Part shown: in pieces, positions 25,801 to 38,700 of the stretch
Position numbering within the stretch: the stretch's first letter is position 1
Layout: each line of letters begins with the position of its first letter
DNA from: Phallusia mammillata
Taxonomy: Eukaryota
NCBI GenBank assembly: GCA_965637545.1
Contig: OZ281494.1
Location: 11,532,001 to 11,596,000, forward strand
Direction of reading: 5' to 3'
Length of the DNA: 64,000 nucleotides
Made by a program: the position numbers and the translations under genes
The notes under the pieces: generated by a model
What the model saw: only the letters and a program-made list of their open reading frames with translations
Told to the model about the DNA's origin: nothing
Databases searched by the model: none

Positions 25801-28800
25801 TACATTCTTAAGGACAAATTTTTAGAAAGCATTAACCCAACAATAAAAAAAATTGTTCGCATTCTTTTTGCACTATTATTGTCATATAATTACAAAAACT
25901 TTAAAAAAGAACAAAAAAAATAATTTCAATTGATTCTCTTGCTTTGACCCAGATATTGTGGTCCAAGGTCAGGTTTCAAACACATTTTTTTCTAGAAAGC
26001 TGTAACAGTTGTGTTACAGACACTTTAAATTAAAAAGCAATTTGCTACAAGTGTATACATAACAAATTGTTTTTCATTTAACTTTATTTCGCAAAACGAG
26101 TATCATTGACCTGTAGTAACCTCTCAGGGTGCACACGCCAAACGACTGTTTGACCTTTTGACACCGTTTTCAATAGCACGCCGTCATTCGTGTTCAACAA
26201 TACTGTTAAGCCTAATTTATACATGCCTTGAGTATTGATTCCTAAATTGATTGTTAAAAAAACGCTACGTTATGAAGAAAGTTCTGAGCTGTGTTTGTAA
26301 TACCGACTAGTTGACCTTAAGTAACCCGTGATCATGCGGCGGCCAACCCGACAGCGAGCATTTAAAAAACATTTATTTGGCAAAAAAGTCAATTTAATTT
26401 TTTCATCTTAACTTTTATTAACAAAGTTTTTCTTGACATATACAAAACCGAAGCACGGTTATTAGGCTTAAATCACGTCATAGGTGTAAAACCTTCGCCA
26501 AAACTAAAAATGTGAGTGATAACTTAATAAAACGACATAGCATTGCTGTGCAAAACAGCTGATTTCTGATCACTGAAACGATGTCTCGTAAAACGTCTGT
26601 CCGACGTCAAGCTGAGCCCTCCCGCTATCGTAAACCAGTGAGTTACTCTCTTGGTACTTCTGCCTACAGTGTCTTTCTTGACCAAACGAGCGTTAGACAC
26701 ATTTACGTTTCGGGGGCCTGTGGGTGAATCTCTGGGTCATACGGGGTCAAAATTCACATGGACCATCTTTAGACCAATATCTGTAATGTGTGTAAAATTG
26801 AAAAAGTTTGAACCATTCTTTCTTGACCAAAACGTGGGAACAATAGCCGCGCTAAAAATTTCACGTTTTGGGGTGCTGTGGGTGAACCGAGGGATCAAAC
26901 GGGGTCAAAATTCACATGGACCATCTTTAGACCAATACCTATTATGTGTGTAAATTTGAAAAAGTTTGAACCATTCTTTCTTGACCAAAACGTGGGAACA
27001 AATCCGCGCTAAAAATTTCACGTTTTGGGGGGCTGTGGGTGAACCGAGGGATCAAACGGGGTCAAAATTCACATGGACCATCTTTAGACCAATATCTGTA
27101 ATGTGTGTAAATTTGAAAAAGTTTGAACCATTCTTTCTTGACCAAAACGTGGGAACAAATCTGCGTTAGAAAGAAAAAAAGAAAAAAGAAAAAAGAAAAA
27201 AAAAATATAGACAAAAACAATATGTGTCCCCTTCAGGGAAGGGGACCCATAACTAATAATTGTAACGAAAAACACCGATAAACTGCAATTTTATAGAAAA
27301 ATAGAATTGAAATGACGTCATTTCGTAAGTGATGACGTCATCGAAATTTTTTTTATCTTTAAATTGTAGAAAATTTTATACCCAACAACTTTACCAGAGA
27401 AAGTTTTTGCCTATCTTCTATCGATTTTGCATAAAACCCTAAAGAGCAAGAGCATGTCTAAACATTAATCTTTGAATGCGAAAATGGTGATCCAGAAATC
27501 CACCAACGCAAGGTCGTGCCGTGTACAAAATCGACCGTGACCGTAGATTGGTTTGCCTTCGCACAACGCAAAACGATATTTATACTAGATCGAAAAAGAT
27601 TATTATACTAGATCAAACAAATAAGTTTAAACAACTCCAAACTGGTGCTGTTCGTATGTCGCTTTTTTGACTATGTTCAGATATTTGTTTTGATATGCAA
27701 CGTTATTCGTATTTTACAATTTACAAAAAAAACACAATTAAACCCAAGTCAAGAAGTCAGCGAAATTTAAATCAACTTAAATAGATTTCGGCTTTAAATG
27801 TCACAAGAACCACAGGCCGCAGGTGTCCTTGCTCGTTGGCTCGCGTGACCGCAAATCAAGCAAATTTCTGTGAATTATTGATGACTGTTTTGCTGCTAAT
27901 CGTAAATTGGAATTTTTCGAAGTTCTAATTAGTTCCAGTCTATGCAGAAAGCTTCAAAACACGTCAAAGACGAAAATGACGTCAGCCTTGTTTCCGTTTC
28001 ACGTTCACGTGTTTTCGTTGATAACGTGATTTTTCAGTCGTGAACAAGTTTATTGGGAAAAAAGTGTGTTGGGTTGGGATAGTTCAACTTTTGTGTTGGT
28101 ATAGTTCATACGGTTTTGAAAGTATCTTGCACACTTTACTAGGGGTAAAACAAAACGCTTTTGGTGTCAACATTTGTAGGCTTCTATTTGGCTGTACAAA
28201 ACACAAGCTTGGCAACCAATATAGTCGAAAGTTAAACATTTTTTTGATGAGTTCTAATTTGTTAAATGAAGTTTTTCACTTAAGTTTGGTTTCAAATTAG
28301 GTGCAATCTGCATTTGTTGCTAAATAAAGCTATGTTGGTGCCTTAGTCAGGCTATGGTATGGTGTCATTCCAGTCCAACACTCTTTGCACCGTAACCAAC
28401 AAATCAATCGCAATTAACCCAGGTAATGACAATTATTTCAAAATCGATAAACCCAGTTTTGCAGTATCCCGAAGTGGAGGGTCATCCGTAACATTGGCAC
28501 TATCCTTATTACGGCGTCTTTGCACTAATTTAACGGCTAAATGCGTCTCTTGGCACGCGTGGGATCTGTGAAAGTAAATAACTTGCAGAAACAAACCCGC
28601 GGCGATAAAAAATTAATGCAGGACTATCGAGGCAAAGGCATGAATCAAATATTGATGTTGTACACTATGAGCAGAGTCTTTACACCCTGTTTTCTTTTTG
28701 TAATTTTGAAAGCGATTTCGTTAGCTCTTACCATTAACACAAGAAATAGGGCGGCGTCGGTGTATTATGAAATATGCATCAGATAGTGCTCAGGGGAGCA

Positions 28801-31800
28801 TTCAACATGACTTCGGCGTGATGCAGCAGCAAAGATAAGATAAGGCATAGTGGCACGGTTTGTTTATATGTTACTGATTTTTGCGGCTTTTGCCATAGAC
28901 TCGAAAGGTCAACTAATCTGGTGGAGGTCAGCAATGATAGCCATCTCGCAAAGGATGGTTTTGCTTTAAGAAATGGGTTACCGTGAAACGTATTTTGGAG
29001 GCAGTGTAAAGAGTTTTGATATATATGTCAGTTTACATTTTACACCCGTTGCTTTCCTTATACCTCGAACCTAAATGTATGCGTCATATCTGCCCGGAAA
29101 ATTCTTTTCTTTCCAAGGACCCAGAATTACTAAGCGCCACACAAAAACAACGTCGTTTTCATTTTGTATTTTCATTGTCGTTGCCAGGCGACATATTATG
29201 GCTATGTTGTGTGGGTTTGATTTACGGTAGTGACTGCCTGACGCCTGTTAAAATCCGATTCTGATGTATTACAACTGACGTTTAGGCGCTAACCTGTCCA
29301 GACAAGCATCTGCTTTGGTGAAATAAACGAATACAGCAATCGATCCTTACAGAGGTCGTTCGTCATATGAACGATTTAACATCTGTGTCCGTGTCGTATC
29401 AATTGCGGTTATGCTTAAGTGACAGATAATAATATTTGGCTGCTGGAATACCTTTGGTTGAGCTCGTTGCTCCAGTTGCCGCGCTTTAACGTCACTCAAT
29501 GCGCTTTCTGTTGGAGATAGCTCCTCGTTGACACCTAGTGGAGGTGAGAATGCGCCACTCCGAATCGGATGATCTTTGGCTGAACAAAATATGTAACTCA
29601 GCGTATTTTTCCAGACATAATTGATACTACAGAATAAAAATTCTCTTGACATCTTTAGTTTATGTGCTAGCTGATATATCAGTTTAGTCTACGGTAATTT
29701 TAAGTACTATTTTACTCTTCATTTACCTTTGCATTCCGACTTGACTCTGCGCAAGTTAACTTGAGGGTGGTGCTTTACAAAATGTTGTTCAGCAGTCAGT
29801 TTCGCTTTTTCCGCCGCTTCCTCTTTACCAACCACCTGATCATTGTCCTCCTCTCCCTCCTCGGGAAAGGAAAGCGGCGGTAAAAGAGGAGTACTAGACC
29901 TCGACCACGCTTCCTTTGGTGGGGAGAGGCCCGCAGCGATTGGTGATGGGACCTCTGCTTCCTCACTTAAAATTGACGAGTCAAAATCGAAAACTGAAGC
30001 TTCAGGTTCCAGCACAGTCCCGCTGTCTCGGTCGTCGCTTTTTCTTGTATCTCTATCGTCACCATGCGGGAGCTTGTCGCTGTTTGGTGGTGACCGGCTG
30101 GTGTCGCCAGGGGCACAGTGTACTGAATCGCTGCTGACCGAGTGATGAACAGCTCGCCTGAAACTGAAGTTCTGTTGCGGGTAGTGTGTACGCGTGTCGC
30201 CCCGTTTCGGAGAAGTGATGACGTCATTGATGACACGTGACCTCGTAGGTGACATCTTATTGTTAGGAGATTGCGTTGCACTCTCTGGGCGGAAAGACTT
30301 CGTTGGCGAGTGCTGAACATTTTGTGGCTTTCGACCAAGGTAGTCGTGACGCTCTGATACAATGTTTTCGTAGCTTCTAGCCTGGCGGTTCAGTTGGGCG
30401 TTCGGTGTGGAATGATGCTGTGATTGCGGACTTTGCATGTGCTGTTGGTAGGTTGGCGCTACGAGACGCATGGACAGTGCCTGTGATGTCGGATCAGGGT
30501 TAAAGGTCATGTGAGGCTCGGAGGTTTCGTTTTCAAAACACAGTGAACGCCTTAGAGCGGAAGCTGGCCTTGAGTTGTTGCGGTGCTGTGGTTTCCCCGT
30601 AGATTGCGAGGTACGGGATTGTTGTACTTGGGGTTGGTGTGCTTGTGCTTGACTGCTAGGAGAAGGGTTGGGGCTTCGTGGGTCACGGGAAACACCCGGC
30701 GAAGGGGTAGCTCTACTCCTAACTGGAGGCTAAAAACAAAAATACAATGGTTTGAAGATTCTAACTATAGTCACGGCTTTGTCAGGTTGGGTAAGAACGT
30801 ATTTTATGTTTCAACTTATACTGTATAGTGCAGGGGTGTGCAACCCGCGGGCCACAATCCGGCCCGCCAAGCCGTTTAGTGAGGCCCTCAACAACACTCT
30901 GATTCAGGGCAAGTAAAAATGCACATTTTGACAAACAATCCGCGCTAGTTTTCGGAATTTCCTAAGTTGCTACACGTAACAAGAATAAGCTAAACCAACG
31001 CATGGAACTTAATTCACACAGACCTATGGTCTTCTATTTGCACTGGATGCTTGTTGCGTATCTATACCGAATGTGACGTAATAGCCTATACCTCTTTGTC
31101 TAGTAAACAAATACTTTGTTGTGAAAGGCAGTGTTGCGACGAAACTTACTTGTACCTAACATTTTAAAGTTGATTTTAAACGCAAAATAAAACAAAAAGC
31201 AGGAGTGTGGAAATAATATCGACATGACATTATAATGCAAGCCGCACCAACAGGAGTGTAAAAAAACGTGTAAATACGGTACATGAAAAAAAAATGTGTG
31301 GCCCTCGCTTGATGTCCGAAATTGGTTATATGGCCCACCGACGAAAAAGGTTGCACACCCCTGGTATAGTGTACAATACGATTTTCATACCGGCCCAGTG
31401 TAATCGAACAACAGAATGTTTTCCCCGCACTCTGTGTGACAACTATGACTAGCTTTTAAGTAGTGTTATTACTGCCAGTCACTTCATAAGATATATAATT
31501 ACTTTTTCTATGCATGAGACTATTTGCAATGTAGAAAGCATTGGAGTATTAGAAAAAAACGCGCATGGCTATGACTCGCCACCTGTTGGTAAGCGTGATG
31601 TTCTGGGACTTTGTTCCAGTTTTCATCTTGATGCATAAAGCTAGCTGGGACTGCGCTGGTGCAACGTCGAGGTTGTGCCGGACCGGGATTGGTTCGTACG
31701 TTGCTAGGAGACGCGCCAGTGTGCTGAAAAAAAAAATTGAGCCAGTTGTAACTATGGCAACGTTCAGAAACAGCAGTAAATTGTTCTTCGTTTAAGTAAA

Positions 31801-34800
31801 TTTCTTAAACAAAGAATAGAAAAGAGTAATAATCACACTTTTTATAAGGACCTCAAAACATTTTTGTATGTAGTGCACATCAAAACCACTGCTTTAACAA
31901 TGGCATATATTAGTATTTTTCATAAAAAAATCATCATGATAATTCTACAATTATTTGTGTTGTGCCTTACCGCTCTGTTAACAAGCACATAGTCTCCGTT
32001 GGCAGTCCGTTGTACAAGTCGTCCGTTGTGGGGATCTCCCCTACCCATTGGGGTTCGGTTCATGTCTCGCGGCTTTTGCGGTGAAGTGTGACTTGGTGGA
32101 CCTGGCGTATTGCTCCTAAACCAGGTCGGATGATTGGAAGGTTGTGCCTGGTGGAAAATAATTTGTTAAAAATATACAACCTATTTTGTGTTCAGAAATC
32201 AGTAAAGTGAACCATAGGCATTAAAAGTAAACCTTCGCTTTTCTGTTCTGTTTAGCACAAGTCATTCGGCACATTATAGTTTAAAAATGTTTATTCACCA
32301 CAAATTTTGATATCCTTCCTGACCTGATTAAAATAAGCAAAATTGAAATGATTTGTTTGCAGTTTAATTGCGAGGTGTACTTTCATTAAACTTTATAATT
32401 AGGGTCAAAAGTAACGCAGTCACAGCACAACTATTGTACAAGCTACCTGTTTTCTACAGAATGATACACACAACTGCTTTCAGATTGGCCTTTGCCACCT
32501 AAAATATCAATCTCTAACATGCAACACCAATTTTAGATAGACTAATACCTAATCTAAAATAATAATAAATCTTGCGTAAGTTTCTGTTCAAGCTAGGCTT
32601 ATAGCTTTTTGTTTACAAGCCGTTTTGATTATCATCAGTGGTGTGTTGTCTTTGATCAATACAAGTCACACACGGTTTAAATGCCTGTTCCCAGACGATC
32701 AAGTTGCACGCGCAAAACAAAAGGTCAAATGTCATCACAAATGTGGTCGCGTCACAGAAACTGCGCTTTATATCGTTTTACATTTGTGCCACCGTTTGAA
32801 ATATACCCAATGTTAACCGAGGCAGTCATTTTTGGACAACAACCTAGATTTCACTTGAAAATGTTTGGGTGCTGAGGTTAAATGCAGCTTTGATACCAAC
32901 AAAATCGTACCTTATGACCTTTCTTGTCGTCTGGCCCTTCGGTGTCGCTGTTAAGCAGATTACGCAAACGTTCTTCAATAGTCAGGTTTCCAGGATTTTT
33001 CTGCAAAATAGAAGAGAATATAAAAAACAATTGTAGATGTGCCTTGTTTCATGTCTGAATTCAGGCCTAGACCCATAAAGTATATTGTCTTAAATAAATA
33101 CCAATATTTCAGTCAACCACTGAATCAAATCGACAGACGGGTCTCAAACAACGAAACTTTACAGAATGTACGGCTGTGCGCAACAAATAACACTTTGTGG
33201 TCAGGAACAGTTTTGAAAAGAAAGCGAAATTGTGACGCATTTTATGGTAGAGATGAATTCATTCCCATTTGGTCCCAATTTTACTTTTACTTTAGAGTCT
33301 ATAGGTAGATATTTATCCGTTTTTTTCTAGTTAACTGCTGCATTTTGAACTAAAAAATCTTGAACCAAACATCTAAACATAAAATTGTGACTTGCAAACC
33401 GCAACAGTCAAGCATCACGATTTTCTCAATCAATCACCTCTTCCTAAACACACCTGCTTTGGTAGTATCAGTATTATCCGGTTGTAAAACCTGATGTGCT
33501 CTGACTCATCAAGAGATAGTAATACTACATCAGCTTAAGTACCGGATTTAGTTTGACTTTTGGACACACAGCAACTGGAGTGGACGCTAATATGGCAAAT
33601 ACGTGTTGAATGCTGCTGAATGCTTACAATTTGCTAATTTCTTATGACCGTCAACGTCTAAAAGTTCAATAAAATTCCTATATTTAAACATGTGGAATAA
33701 CTTTTGCACATAGAAAACGTTGATCATACCTAAACAACACCATCTCTTCAATTCTAGGGCCCGTGTAAAACTTTCGTAAAATCTAAACTGTCGGTGTATC
33801 TTAACTTAAAGTCTGTCTACAAGGCTGCAACCTTTCAAGTTTGCTATATCGAATAATATCCCTTCTTAACAAATGAACTATCAGCCCAAAACTTTATGCA
33901 CAGTAACTTTGTCTCATCATGCAACTGCGTTTGTCGGAACGATTCTGGTAAAAGGCAACTGTTGGGCTTGGCGAAACTTAAGTGGCCAATTACCTATAAC
34001 AAATGCTTGGAATGTCTCAGATGATTTTCTCTATTGTTATCGGCAGCTATGAAGCGGCAATTAAAATGATTGCTATTGTGACACAACAAGGATCGGATTG
34101 TTTCGAAACAATAGGTGTTCGTTCGGCATTCACGTGTGTAGGTGCAAAATAAAGGGGCCGCGTAATGGCACTTATTTAGTTTACAAATGACCAATAGGTC
34201 GCTGTTTGTTTTAATTTGTTTCCATCGCAAAAGGAACGGCTAATAAGCGATTTACTCTTTTTGCTTTAACTCATAACATTCAACCATCAATGGCAAACTA
34301 ATTCTTTTCCTTGAAAAGCATGCTTTTTTAAGACAATTCGTCCTCTTGAATGTTGTAACTTTTGTAATCAAAGTATAAAGTTTTTCAGGCTTATGCCCAG
34401 GGCGCTTCCAAATATAAAAACTGGACATTTTTTGTCATGTCTGTGATTGGCGAAGCCCTTTAGTATTTTGGATCAGGGGTCGGCAACCTTTTTTACACTG
34501 TGGACCGGTTTGAAACTGAAATTTTTATCTAAATAACACCACAATTTTTAGCACTGAAAACTAATTACGGTTATTACAACTTTGATTCAATTTAAACCTT
34601 GAGCAAGTTTTATGCGGCCCAGTAACGAACCTCTCACGGACCTGCACTGGGCCGTGAACCGGTTGTTGTCGACCACTGTTTTAGATCATGCGGCTAATTT
34701 GGCTAAAAAACTGTTTCTATACCTGGTGAGTCTGTGGCGCCACCTGGTGGTTGACAGCATGGCCGTTGACTTGGTTGGGGCGTGGGGCATGTTGGCTGAG

Positions 34801-35773
34801 CTTCGCTTCTGAAGACGGAGAGGTTGACTGGAAAGCTTTTTCGCGAATAGCCTGAGATAATCCAAATATATGACGTCTACCATCGGGTGTTCGAGTCGGA
34901 TTCGCCCGCCCTGGTTCCTGTTCTGCCACGCCCTGAAATATGAATGACGTCATGTATCTATTGCGGTGTTGATTAGGCTTCAATTACGTAAGGTCTAAGC
35001 GTGGTATGCCCACACAATAAACCGTACACTTTTAAGCCCATCATTTTGTACAAGGTGAATTTTGCACCTTGCTACAATAGGAATGTACTGTACGATGACA
35101 AAGACGACCATACCCGAACCAAACCAAAACGCTTTTTAATGCATTGTAATGGTCACACAAAACTGAAACAATGCTTCATTTGCCGATTTAAATTAAAAGT
35201 ATTGATCGAAATTTCACAATTTATACTTATAGCCCTGATGTTGTTTAACCGTTTTGCAAACTCGGATAAGAGGTTGTGTATACTTTAAAGTGGAAACAGT
35301 TTTTTTTACCGATTAATTTTGTCCGAATTAACTGAAGCGTTTGCGACGATACGCGAAGTCGCACCGTATGTTTTTGACATCACGTAAGTTTTGTGGCTAT
35401 AGCTAAACAATGGGATTATTGAAACAGGATAGCGGTGCTGCACTACGGTCTTAGTTTTGAGGGTTTCATAGTTGCCTCAGACGTTGTCTGCAAACGAATT
35501 ATCAATATTTTGTGGACTATACACAGTAAAACTATAGTGGACTTGATGTTGACCGAATTTTCGTAAATATTACTAATTCGGGCCGAAACCGAAACTTCAC
35601 CAACCGAAACTTCAGGGTATCACTATAGTAAAAACGTCTTAAAAACCTTGACAAAACGTTGTAATTACAAGGAGTGTTTTAGCACACAACGGTTGGTAAT
35701 GATCTTCGTATACCAGCACATAAACAACATGGTGCCCATAATAACTAATTGGGCGTTTTATTACAGAACCCAT
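19870..35773 (-). CDS. Uncharacterised protein, ~869 aa: long disordered region, short coiled coil and C-terminal SAM domain
   Basis: In-phase exons: 35773-35714 (candidate first exon, weak), 34932-34723, 33000-32911, 32147-31971, 31723-31583, 30729-29727, 29579-29452, 23864-23665, 22210-22055, 21361-21223, 20621-20460, 20013-19870 (2610 nt). Motifs: DGRRHIFGLSQAIREK; REIRSVNKRFTRLEAHVVTLARSLAQLSSELR; KLAKFFGDQPP. SAM domain: LHLFLKQLGYEKYIKNFECERIGMMELPYMDEKRLHDIGIPLGPRLRILKEA. Confidence 0.85.
20985..21117. mobile_element. Degraded hAT-like MITE fragment
   Basis: TTCGGG subterminal repeats; right end TTTACAACTCTA (TAGAGTTG on the minus strand). A related TAGAGTTG-headed, TTCGGG-rich piece lies at 23504-~23600. 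No matching TSD. Confidence 0.35.
23318..23445 (-). mobile_element. Possible degenerate tRNA-derived SINE
   Basis: Minus strand: weak A-box-like TGGCACAAACGTAG (23436-23423), B-box GTTCGAATCC (23379-23370), then a (GAGTT)n tail (23335-23318). No cloverleaf could be folded by eye. Confidence 0.35.
25503..25650. repeat. Dispersed repeat copy 1 carrying twin TGACGTCA palindromes
   Basis: TGACGTCA at 25545-25552 and 25565-25572. Flanks (AGAAAAATA, GTCATCGAAA, CAACTT) are shared with the copy at ~27280-27420. Confidence 0.5.
26673..27165 (+). repeat. Tandem repeat, ~157-158 bp unit, about 3 copies
   Basis: TCTTGACCAAAACGTGGGAACA recurs at 26821, 26979 and 27136. Whole units are near-identical (GGGGTCAAAATTCACATGGACCATCTTTAGACCAATA in each). 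The first copy is more diverged. Confidence 0.95.
26673..27260 (+). mobile_element. Non-autonomous Helentron/DINE-like rolling-circle element (putative)
   Basis: Internal tandem array, then an A-rich (GAAAAAA)n tract at ~27170-27205, then a 9-bp-stem hairpin GTCCCCTTC-AGG-GAAGGGGAC (27226-27246) and ATAACTAATAAT. This order matches Helentron-associated elements. The 5' end is undefined. Confidence 0.5.
27280..27420. repeat. Dispersed repeat copy 2 carrying twin TGACGTCA palindromes
   Basis: TGACGTCA at 27313-27320 and 27333-27340, with the same 20-bp spacing and similar flanks as 25503-25650. Confidence 0.5.
30831..31363. mobile_element. hAT (Buster-type) MITE, 533 bp, intronic
   Basis: Perfect 15-bp TIR CAGGGGTGTGCAACC / GGTTGCACACCCCTG. 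TSD GTATAGTG at 30823-30830 and 31364-31371. GGCCC subterminal motifs. Confidence 0.92.
34474..34678. mobile_element. Short hAT (Buster-type) MITE, 205 bp, intronic
   Basis: Ends CAGGGGTCGGCAACC / GTTGTCGACCACTG. Flanks TTTTGGAT (34466-34473) and TTTTAGAT (34679-34686) differ by one base. Confidence 0.75.
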
Positions 35774-38700
35774 GTCGCTTTAGGGCGCCGACCAGCTTGG
35801 TATAACAACTGCGTACGGTACTAACCGCAGACTTTCGGCCGCGTGCACTTGCAACCATGGCGACGCGTCTTGTTTGTGATGTCACAGAGGAATTTCCTTT
35901 ACCAGCCCGTGGGAAGCATAACTCCAATTGATAAGGTCCGACACGAGTCAAATATGTCCAGTGTGGGAATATGAGTATCACTCAACAGTTCAATACAGTT
36001 ACAGTAAATGATGTTGGTACGTAAATATAATATGCGTTGGCTCTGTAAGTTTAATACCTTGTCCTTTGAGAGAAGAGGACATACGGTTAACGTTTACGAT
36101 TATGTAGCAATCCCAAGGACTTAGTTCCCTTAAAAAGTTTTAGACATTGTATTACTATAATGGAGTTGAAAATAAATAACTTTCATTTGGCCTGCATTAT
36201 GTAAAAAAGCGTCTAACCTTGCCGAAACATATAATAGGCTTCAGATGCATGAAAAAACGTAGAAAAAACACCTGCATTTTACATTCACATGAAACAATTT
36301 ACACTGCAAATTTTATTTATCAGCTGTAGTGCAAAAATGAAACTGTTTTTTCTAATGTTTTCTGCACATTTCTTTCTAAACTTTTGTCATTGCATCGTAT
36401 ACTTGTAGGCTTTGCCTGAAACCAAGGTTCATATATGAAATTCATATTGTCTGAGCTGTCACTTCAACATGAGAAAACTGCTCGTACACAAATCTCTATT
36501 ATTAAGCGAAAGAAACGTGAAGGCATCAATAGCTCATGAATTATTAGTGCAGGATATACATGATTATCCAACGATACAATGCCTACTATTTGCTTTGTCG
36601 CTTCAACAACGAAAACCTACGCGAAATGGCGTGCCACGATTTCTGTGTGTACCAACGGCGAGAGCCACGTTAATTTTGCGCGACTGCATAATCGCATTTG
36701 CTATAGTTCCCAGAACAAGCGTTTCATGTGTTCCTAAATCCGGCCCAATGCAAAACAGCTATAATATCCGAGACGGTCGGTCTAACTGTGCGATGGCTTC
36801 TCATCGCAGCTAAGCCTAAAATCCTAGCAAGAGAAAACGCCAATAACCGAGATTAGAGCGTCATTATGGCGTAATAACCGTGCCTGTCAGTCGACCGCAC
36901 AATATGCGCTATGACGCCATATAACAGGGCCTAGCTGTAAGTCTGGATGCGATTTTTTAGGTTCTAAGCCTGTGATTAACCTACGGGCTTGTCCGAACTC
37001 TGCTCTGTCGCAAAACCAACACCCGTTGAAGACTAAGCAACCAACAGAAAGTGGCAAATCACAGTGTTCTGTACAGTACCCCGGATACAACAAGCCCTGT
37101 GCTGAAGTGCTATTGATTTTCGTTGAAGACTTGAGTAAACACATCTTTCGGGGAAAAGTTTAAGCATACAAGTTTGGTACAAACAAGCGGGTATCAATAC
37201 GACATAAGAGCGACCGATCGTGCCAGCTACACTGAACAATATACTCGGCATTTAAAAGCATGATTTCCATTTCTCCTAAAGATGACAATGAAAATAAATT
37301 TGACCTTACAATTAGAAAAGCTGACAATTTTGAGGCACTTTTAAAAAATCAATATTAAGTATTACTTACATACCGATAGACTATATGCACGCATTTTTGG
37401 ATTTTAAACAACGCGCCATCGTTACAAAATGACCCATTGACGTACGTCAACATTCAGCTTTCAACAAAACCATTTTAAAAATGCGACAAAATCATAAGAA
37501 ATGGCAAACTGGACTAATCCAACCAAGTGCTGCACTGTACTCTGTACCCGGTAGTAAGTTATCGCTAACGTGCTTTGAGAAAGTCTACGCTGTATGTACA
37601 ACTTTGTGTGTTTTGCAAATACAAGTACACGATTGAGGCTTAGGCGTAGTTTACGTAAACAATAGAACCGTCGGTAAAAACCTATTTAGGCTTCTAGTTC
37701 TCTCACGCTAAATGAATTTGCATCGAAAAAAAGTAACTAGTCGTTCCAAACGAACAAAAAACGATTTGACATTAAACCATGTTATAAATAAATGTTTAAC
37801 TTGGTTTCAATAATAATATGTGACTTTTGTCCAATTTGAAAAGTTTTTTTTGACAGTAAAAATCGGAATCTATCTTTGCACGCCAAGCAGTCTAACACGT
37901 TTTGACTAAACTTCAAAGTATGGAGCACACGTCTTGTAACTAACAACATCAAACATGTATTCATGATCGCCTGTCAGCTGCGGGGCCTATACTGAATGTA
38001 AGTGCGTTCTATTTGCGCAAAACTTAGCTTCAAAAACAAAGCAATAAGCAAGCTGTAATAAATCGCTCTGAATGTTGGTCTGTCTGTTTCGGCAAACACT
38101 GCTGTTCTCTGTTTAGACAACATTGAATAAGCGCTTATGCCGCGTTTTCGAAAGTTCTAACTGACATTGTGTGGGCTTCGCCGCAACAAACTAAACACAA
38201 CTTGACGTGTACAGACTTTATTCCCAAGACACTCACGTTTTTGTAACTTCATAATTCTCTGCGGTCACATCTACAAACAAAACCGGGTCTATAAATTTGC
38301 TGCTAGTTTCGTCTGACTTTAAATTGCTCTTCGGAGGCATTTATAAAATTGTGAGCCTCCATTGGTCTATTGTCATTCATGCAGTCAGCATACAGAATAT
38401 AAACTGCGATACATAATAGCGTCTGGTGGCCTACTTTCGACGTAACAAACTTAAATAAAACTCAACGGGGGGAGCAGTACGCCCGTCGCCATGGCGGAAA
38501 GCAGCTTGTCCTTGAGGAAAATTCACTTATCACAATAATACTGTCGGTTAATTTGATAAACGGTTTCCAAAACGGTGCTTACGCGTCGCACAAAAGTTCC
38601 TAGAGCCACCAATTTGCCGAGCGCTGCCTTGCATTATACCAGCACAAAGCCGATTTAACGCAAAACGCCTCTGGTGCCCTGGGAGCGTGCCTGGCCGAAA

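Noticed and set aside
26673-27165. Regular repeat as a possible CRISPR array
   Set aside because: Whole ~158-bp units repeat with no unique spacers, there are no cas genes, and the context is a eukaryotic intron.
26651-27169. ORFs 26651-26953 and 26966-27169
   Set aside because: They are translations of the tandem repeat, with no protein features.
35845-38500. RFX X-box-like sites (~35851 GCAACCATGGCGAC; ~38485 GTCGCCATGGCGG)
   Set aside because: Only one good half-site each; too weak to call ciliary regulation.
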